This document shows positions 16,330 to 21,064 of a DNA stretch of 21,064 bases, piece by piece. Each line of letters begins with the position of its first letter. Positions within the stretch are counted from its first letter, which is position 1. Position numbers and translations under genes: made by a program. The notes under the pieces are model-generated. The model was not told the origin of the DNA and made no database searches. It saw only the letters and a list, made by a program, of their open reading frames with translations. This DNA comes from a virus (lineage: Duplodnaviria; Heunggongvirae; Uroviricota; Caudoviricetes): the IMG/VR virus record IMGVR_UViG_3300020048_000080. One strand, written 5' to 3'.

Positions 16330-16598
16330 GCAAGTTATTCAAAGATATACCAAGAATGATTAAAAATCTTCAAATGATTGAACAATATAATAATTTTCAT
16401 AATTTTGGTTCTAATGAAGACGTTGATTATTTAAGAAAAAAAGTTGATAATCTTTATAATATTAAAGATACAGAAGAATTAATTAAAGAATTTATGTGGT
16501 GTGCTAAGATGATCAATATGTATATAGATGAAATAGATCCTGAATTTAAAAGATTCTTTATAAAAGAAGAAACAGAAAAAGTGGAAAAAGAATTTTAA
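16326..16598 (+). CDS. Hypothetical helical protein
   Basis: 90 aa, ATGA overlap with the upstream gene. Confidence 0.6.
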   Translation: MSKLFKDIPRMIKNLQMIEQYNNFHNFGSNEDVDYLRKKVDNLYNIKDTEELIKEFMWCAKMINMYIDEIDPEFKRFFIKEETEKVEKEF

Positions 16599-17065
16599 AA
16601 TTGTGGTATTTCTTGTGGTCTAACTTCAATACCATTCAAACCTAATATTTTAGAAACTATATTAGCACCACGTCTATCAACATAACACATCATAGGTTGA
16701 ATTTTATTTCCACTAATAAATAATTTTTTATTACTAAAGTTAAAAGTTAAAAATCTTTTTTTATCTTCTTGCTTCCAATCATGTCTTACATTATTAGCGT
16801 TGGCTAATTCTAATACATGAGCGGCTCCATTATCAATAATTCTAATATCACCAATAGTAAAATCATTAAGTTCTACACTATTAGGGAGTTGAACTTTTAT
16901 AGTAGTATTAAGAAATTCTCTATATTTTAATTTTTTTGCATCATTATATAATCTAAATGCTCTTGGATCTGACTTATCACCAACTTTATTCATAACTGAA
17001 TCATAAGTACTTGTATTTAATTCATTTAATGAGAAATGTTCATAAAAATTTTGTATATTTTTCAT
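16595..17065 (-). CDS. Hypothetical protein with MKNIQNFYEHFSLNE leader
   Basis: 156 aa, 15 nt downstream of deoC on the same strand. Confidence 0.7.
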   Translation of the reverse strand: MKNIQNFYEHFSLNELNTSTYDSVMNKVGDKSDPRAFRLYNDAKKLKYREFLNTTIKVQLPNSVELNDFTIGDIRIIDNGAAHVLELANANNVRHDWKQEDKKRFLTFNFSNKKLFISGNKIQPMMCYVDRRGANIVSKILGLNGIEVRPQEIPQF

Positions 17066-17080
17066 AATTTTAATTTTTTT

Positions 17081-17851
17081 TTAATATAATGATTGTGTTG
17101 TTTTTTCAGCACCACCAAACATTTGGTCAACTGAACCAAATCCAACACCAAATCTATCAACAAGAGGTGCAAATTTTTGTAAATCTGACATTGTTCTGAT
17201 TCCACCCGATGCTTTTATTTTCATATCTGAATGATTCTGTTTTATTATTTTTCTCATAATTTGGACTTTTTCTAATTCAGCACCTATAGCAACCATACCT
17301 GTTGATGTTTTAATAAAATCAGCACCACCCTCCATACAAATATAAGTTGCTTCTTCTGTTTGCTCATCATTTAATAATCCAGATTCCACAATAACTTTTA
17401 ATGTTATCCATTCATCATCTTTATTTTGATGTTTATGGCATTCATTAACTAAGGTTCTTACATCATCAACTAAATTATCTTCTTCAGCTTCAAATGTTGA
17501 TTTGAGTGCAGGATAATTTAAAACCATATCAACTTCATCTGCACCATCCATAATACATTGTTTAGTTTCTGTTAATTTTTGTGCTGTTGTATCTGTACCG
17601 TGAGGAAATGATACTACTGTACAAACTAAAACTTCTGAATCTCTTAATTCATAAGCAGCAACACTAACCATTTTTGGTAGAACACAAACAGATTTTACTC
17701 CTAGTTTATCTGCTTTTTCACACAATTCTACAATATCTTCTTTTGTAGCACTAGGTGTTAATAGAGTATAATCTATTTTATCAACTAAACTATTATTTTG
17801 TAATAATTCATTTAGTTTTACAAATTCACCATATTCAACTATTTTACTCAT
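17081..17851 (-). CDS. deoC: 2-deoxyribose-5-phosphate aldolase with N-terminal extension
   Basis: IDYTLL, SVCVLP, VCTVVSFPHG, GADEVDMVLN, LKVIVESG, ADFIKTSTG (Schiff-base Lys), KIKASGGIRT (second Lys). Confidence 0.95.
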   Translation of the reverse strand: MSKIVEYGEFVKLNELLQNNSLVDKIDYTLLTPSATKEDIVELCEKADKLGVKSVCVLPKMVSVAAYELRDSEVLVCTVVSFPHGTDTTAQKLTETKQCIMDGADEVDMVLNYPALKSTFEAEEDNLVDDVRTLVNECHKHQNKDDEWITLKVIVESGLLNDEQTEEATYICMEGGADFIKTSTGMVAIGAELEKVQIMRKIIKQNHSDMKIKASGGIRTMSDLQKFAPLVDRFGVGFGSVDQMFGGAEKTTQSLY

Positions 17852-17868
17852 GATTTTAATTTAATTTT

Positions 17869-18513
17869 TTATATTATATCATCTAATTCTTCAACATCTA
17901 ATTGAAGCATATCTTCTCTTTTAGGTGCCTTCTTTTTAGGATTAGGTATCTTATAGATATTACTAATGAAATGATTTAGTGGATGTAAATAAGATTCTTT
18001 TGATTTATTGATACTATCAAGAAGAAATTTTACTTGTTCTTTATCAGCGTTTTTCAAAAATGTAGTTATAACTTCTTTTAATTCATCTTTATCTAAATCA
18101 AAAATATTAAGTTTTATTTCATCTTTTGGTTCTTCTTCTTCAATATTAGAATCTTTTAATAATTTTTTCAAAATTGGAATTGCTTCATCAAAAGGAATGT
18201 TAAGTTTTGTGCATTTTATTTCACATTCAGGATTTAAAGTGAATATTGCCGCCCATTTATGATGTCCGTCTAAAATATGAAAATCAGAACTTACAATAAT
18301 ATCTTTAACTTTTATTTTTCCTTTTAATGCTTTTTTTACAAATTTTTCATTTCCTATTAAGTTTTCTAATAGTTCATCAATACAAATTTCATTCTGACCT
18401 GATATTAAATCAACAGCTTTAATTTTCTCCTTATTTGCTTCAATATCAAAACTTTCAGTCTCAGATGAATTCTCTTCCTTCAAATATTCAAAGTAATTAA
18501 TTACATGTTTCAT
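17869..18513 (-). CDS. ParB/Srx-like N-terminal domain protein
   Basis: 214 aa; IKAVDLISGQNEI...IIVSSDFHILDGHHKWAA matches ParB-N I.V..D..I.DGHHR, with R replaced by K. Confidence 0.7.
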   Translation of the reverse strand: MKHVINYFEYLKEENSSETESFDIEANKEKIKAVDLISGQNEICIDELLENLIGNEKFVKKALKGKIKVKDIIVSSDFHILDGHHKWAAIFTLNPECEIKCTKLNIPFDEAIPILKKLLKDSNIEEEEPKDEIKLNIFDLDKDELKEVITTFLKNADKEQVKFLLDSINKSKESYLHPLNHFISNIYKIPNPKKKAPKREDMLQLDVEELDDII

Positions 18514-18518
18514 AACAT

Positions 18519-18532
18519 CTATATATTAAAAA
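18519..18532 (-). promoter_or_regulatory. Putative promoter TTTTTAATATATAG
   Basis: Ends only 5 nt before ATG 18513. Confidence 0.4.
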
Positions 18533-18553
18533 TTAATATTAAAATTTTTATAT

Positions 18554-18585
18554 GTATAAACTTTTATTTAAAATCATTCTAAATA
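18554..18585 (+). promoter_or_regulatory. Putative promoter GTATAAACTTTT...TAAATA
   Basis: 12-mer identical to 7275-7264 (minus); here the spacing is AAAC-N18-TAAATA. Confidence 0.4.
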
Positions 18586-18605
18586 TAGAAAAATAATAGA
18601 TGTGA

Positions 18606-21064
18606 ATGATTAAAATTGCTCACTTAGCAGATATACATATTAGAAACATAGAAAGACATGATGAATATGAACTAGTTTTTCAAAAAATTTATCAACAACT
18701 TAGAAAAATAAAACCTGATAGAATTGTAATAGTAGGTGATTTGTTTGAGAGTTTCATTGAAATTTCAAATGAAGCAAAAATCATTGCAGGTGGTTTTTTA
18801 AATACCTTAGCACAAATTTCTAAAGTTATTATCACAAGAGGTAATCATGATATTCGTAAAAAAAATATAAACAGAACTGATAGTATAGAGGTAATTATAA
18901 AACTTATTAATAATCCTAATATTGAATATTATACAAAAAGTGGTTTTTATAATGATGATAAAATTACATGGGTTGTGTATGATCATGTTGATAAGATTGA
19001 TCCTTGGTTTACAAATTCAAAAATGTCAAGCACAAATCCTGATGATGTTCCTATTTATATTGGACTTTTTCATGATCCAATTCAGGATTGTTCTACTGAT
19101 ATGGGTAGAATATTTAATGATAGTAAACTAAAAGACTTAAATTATTTCAAAAAGAATGATTATTTATTTTTAGGTGATATTCATAAAAGACAATATTTTA
19201 GAAAAAATAAATCAGCGGCATATTGTAGTTCTACTATTCAACAAAATTTTGGTGAAAAAGTTGAAAATCATGGATTTTTAGTTTGGAATATAACATCACC
19301 TTCAAGTTTTACTTGTGATGAATATAACATTGAAAATGATCACACTTTTATTAATTTATATGTCAATGAATTAACTGATTATGATAATTTGAATTTAACA
19401 GCACCTAATATCGGTACTGAACCAGAAATTAAAGTACATTGGAAGGATTATAGTTCTAATATAACAACAGCAAATGAAAGAAAAATTAGGGATTATATTA
19501 AAGATAATTTTAATACTACAAAAATTAAATTTGAAAAAACTTTCATTTATAATGATGTTGTATCTTCTAAGATGTTATCTGAATCATTGGACTTAACTGA
19601 TATGGTGGTTCAAAATAATATTTTTAGAGAATATTTAGAAGAACAAAAATATAAAAAAGAAGATATTGATGAGATATTAAAAATAGATGATATTGTTAAT
19701 AGTAGATTACATTTAAGTAATCAAAAAACCAATATTTCTTGGAGTATAGATAAATTTTGGTTTAGTAATTTTAAATCATATGGAGATGATAATGAGATAG
19801 ATTGGAAGGATGTGAATGGAATTATTCAAATTCATGGTCTTAATAAAGAAGGTAAGACTACTATTCTTGATGCTATTACATATATTTTATATGGAAAAAC
19901 TACTACTACGTTAAGTCCAGAAAAATTTGGTGATAACAGATATATTAATAATAAAAGAAATTTGGATTCTTGTTTTGGTGGTGCTGTTATTGATGTTGAC
20001 GGTGAAAAATTCGTTATTCAAAGAAAAACTGAGAGAGTTTGGAATAAAAATAGAACCGCATTAACAAGTTGTCCTTCTACTCTTGATTACTATAAAGATG
20101 AAGTTATCAATGATAAAAATAAACTTACAGGTGAAATTAGAAAAAAAACGCAAGAAAAATTAGATTTAATTTTAGGTGACTTAAAAGATTTTATTAGATT
20201 ATCATTTACAAATGCTGACAATTTGAATGATGTATTATCTGAAACTAGAAGTATATTTATGGACAATATTATTAGAGATGCTGGCTATGATATATTTGAA
20301 ACTAAATTAGAAGAGTTTAAAGAATATAAAAAAGAATTAAATGAAGAAAAATTAATAGTTGATATTCAAGAATCTGAATCACAAGTCTTAGATTTAAAAC
20401 TAGAAATTAAAAATTTAGAAGATGGAATAGAAACTAATAAAGAGGAAATATCAGATTTTGATAAAAATCTAACAGAACATAATAAAGAAAGAGATAATCT
20501 AAATAAAAAGTTAAATAATATAGATTTATCTATGATAAATTTTAACGAAAGTATAAATTTAGAATCTATTAAAAATTATAATGATAAAATTGATGAAACT
20601 AATATTCAAATTACAATTTTAGATAGAGAAATTAAAACTCTACCATTAACATTTGATGTAGGCAATTTAAATAATTTAAAAATTAAATTAAAAAACACTA
20701 ATGATAAGATAACATTAAAACATCAAGAAATATCAAACATTAAAAATCTTATAACTATCTCAGATTCTAAAAGAGATAAAGTTTTATCTAAAATAAAAGA
20801 ATTAAAAGATGGTGAAATCAGAAGGTTATTATTAACCAGTAGTGATAATGGTTTGCAAATTGAGATTATAAAAAATCAAAAAGAAAATCTTGTAAATCAA
20901 GAAATTAGACTAATAATAGATGAGGTTCAAAAACTTGAATTAGAGAAAAGCAATATTTCAAATAAAATGAAATTGTTGCAAAGAGATGGTGTCAATCTTA
21001 AGAACACTAATGATGAGATTGATATGGATATTGATGATCTGAATAATTCAACAAGCTGTCCTAC
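18606..21064 (+). CDS. Mre11/SbcD nuclease - Rad50/SbcC ATPase fusion (T4 gp47-gp46-like), partial; not in the ORF track
   Basis: Hand translation is open for 819 codons to the edge: IAHLADIH, IVGDLF, RGNHD, LFHD, LGDIHKRQ, SSTIQQNFGE (metallophosphoesterase); then FSNFKSYG and Walker A GLNKEGKT (19836-19859), coiled coil, and SCPT at the edge (probable start of the CxxC zinc hook). Confidence 0.92.
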   Translation, partial: MIKIAHLADIHIRNIERHDEYELVFQKIYQQLRKIKPDRIVIVGDLFESFIEISNEAKIIAGGFLNTLAQISKVIITRGNHDIRKKNINRTDSIEVIIKLINNPNIEYYTKSGFYNDDKITWVVYDHVDKIDPWFTNSKMSSTNPDDVPIYIGLFHDPIQDCSTDMGRIFNDSKLKDLNYFKKNDYLFLGDIHKRQYFRKNKSAAYCSSTIQQNFGEKVENHGFLVWNITSPSSFTCDEYNIENDHTFINLYVNELTDYDNLNLTAPNIGTEPEIKVHWKDYSSNITTANERKIRDYIKDNFNTTKIKFEKTFIYNDVVSSKMLSESLDLTDMVVQNNIFREYLEEQKYKKEDIDEILKIDDIVNSRLHLSNQKTNISWSIDKFWFSNFKSYGDDNEIDWKDVNGIIQIHGLNKEGKTTILDAITYILYGKTTTTLSPEKFGDNRYINNKRNLDSCFGGAVIDVDGEKFVIQRKTERVWNKNRTALTSCPSTLDYYKDEVINDKNKLTGEIRKKTQEKLDLILGDLKDFIRLSFTNADNLNDVLSETRSIFMDNIIRDAGYDIFETKLEEFKEYKKELNEEKLIVDIQESESQVLDLKLEIKNLEDGIETNKEEISDFDKNLTEHNKERDNLNKKLNNIDLSMINFNESINLESIKNYNDKIDETNIQITILDREIKTLPLTFDVGNLNNLKIKLKNTNDKITLKHQEISNIKNLITISDSKRDKVLSKIKELKDGEIRRLLLTSSDNGLQIEIIKNQKENLVNQEIRLIIDEVQKLELEKSNISNKMKLLQRDGVNLKNTNDEIDMDIDDLNNSTSCP

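Noticed and set aside
18008-19131. Track ORFs 18008..18262 (+) and 18922..19131 (+)
   Set aside because: The first is antisense to the ParB-like gene; the second is an off-frame ORF inside the Mre11-Rad50 gene.
1-21064. Stop-codon reassignment (TAG or TGA)
   Set aside because: Long genes are intact in the standard code, and TAA, TGA (12474, 16329) and TAG (6958) all end plausible genes; the single TAG before ATG 5416 is insufficient.
18606-21064. Intein in the Mre11-Rad50 gene
   Set aside because: No Cys/Ser-start to His-Asn-end splicing blocks or LAGLIDADG motifs seen; the length is explained by the fusion plus coiled coil.
1-21064. Eukaryotic giant-virus or cellular origin
   Set aside because: Overlapping operon-style genes, GTG starts and phage fibre modules favour a bacteriophage, and no NCLDV or housekeeping hallmark is present. 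No capsid or terminase gene is in the window, so this is not formally excluded.

Overview
Very AT-rich, densely coding, standard-code window that reads as a fragment of a large (probably jumbo, contractile-tailed) bacteriophage genome; the host cannot be determined from this window. The left half is virion-structural: two tandem paralogous fibre-like genes with strict (Gly-X-Y)n Ser/Thr tracts, a 780 aa tail/fibre-associated protein, a GH16 glycoside hydrolase and a 1394 aa putative baseplate-associated protein. The right half is DNA metabolism and accessory: RuvC-like resolvase, free-standing NUMOD4-HNH endonuclease, WYL-domain protein, several small paralog-like genes, deoC, a ParB/Srx-like protein and an Mre11(SbcD)-Rad50(SbcC) fusion. 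Two long ORFs absent from the supplied track run off the window edges (<1..2038 minus; 18606..>21064 plus); I translated both by hand and found them open throughout. Best leads: (1) an [S/T]-G-x-T motif heavily enriched in, and confined to, the structural proteins; (2) a cluster of genes, including deoC, with N-terminal leaders resembling the T4 capsid-targeting/prohead-protease cleavage sequence; (3) a recurring TATATA / AAAC-N16-TATATA promoter-like motif. No rRNA, tRNA, CRISPR array or transposase was recognised. All counts are hand counts and no database searches were run.
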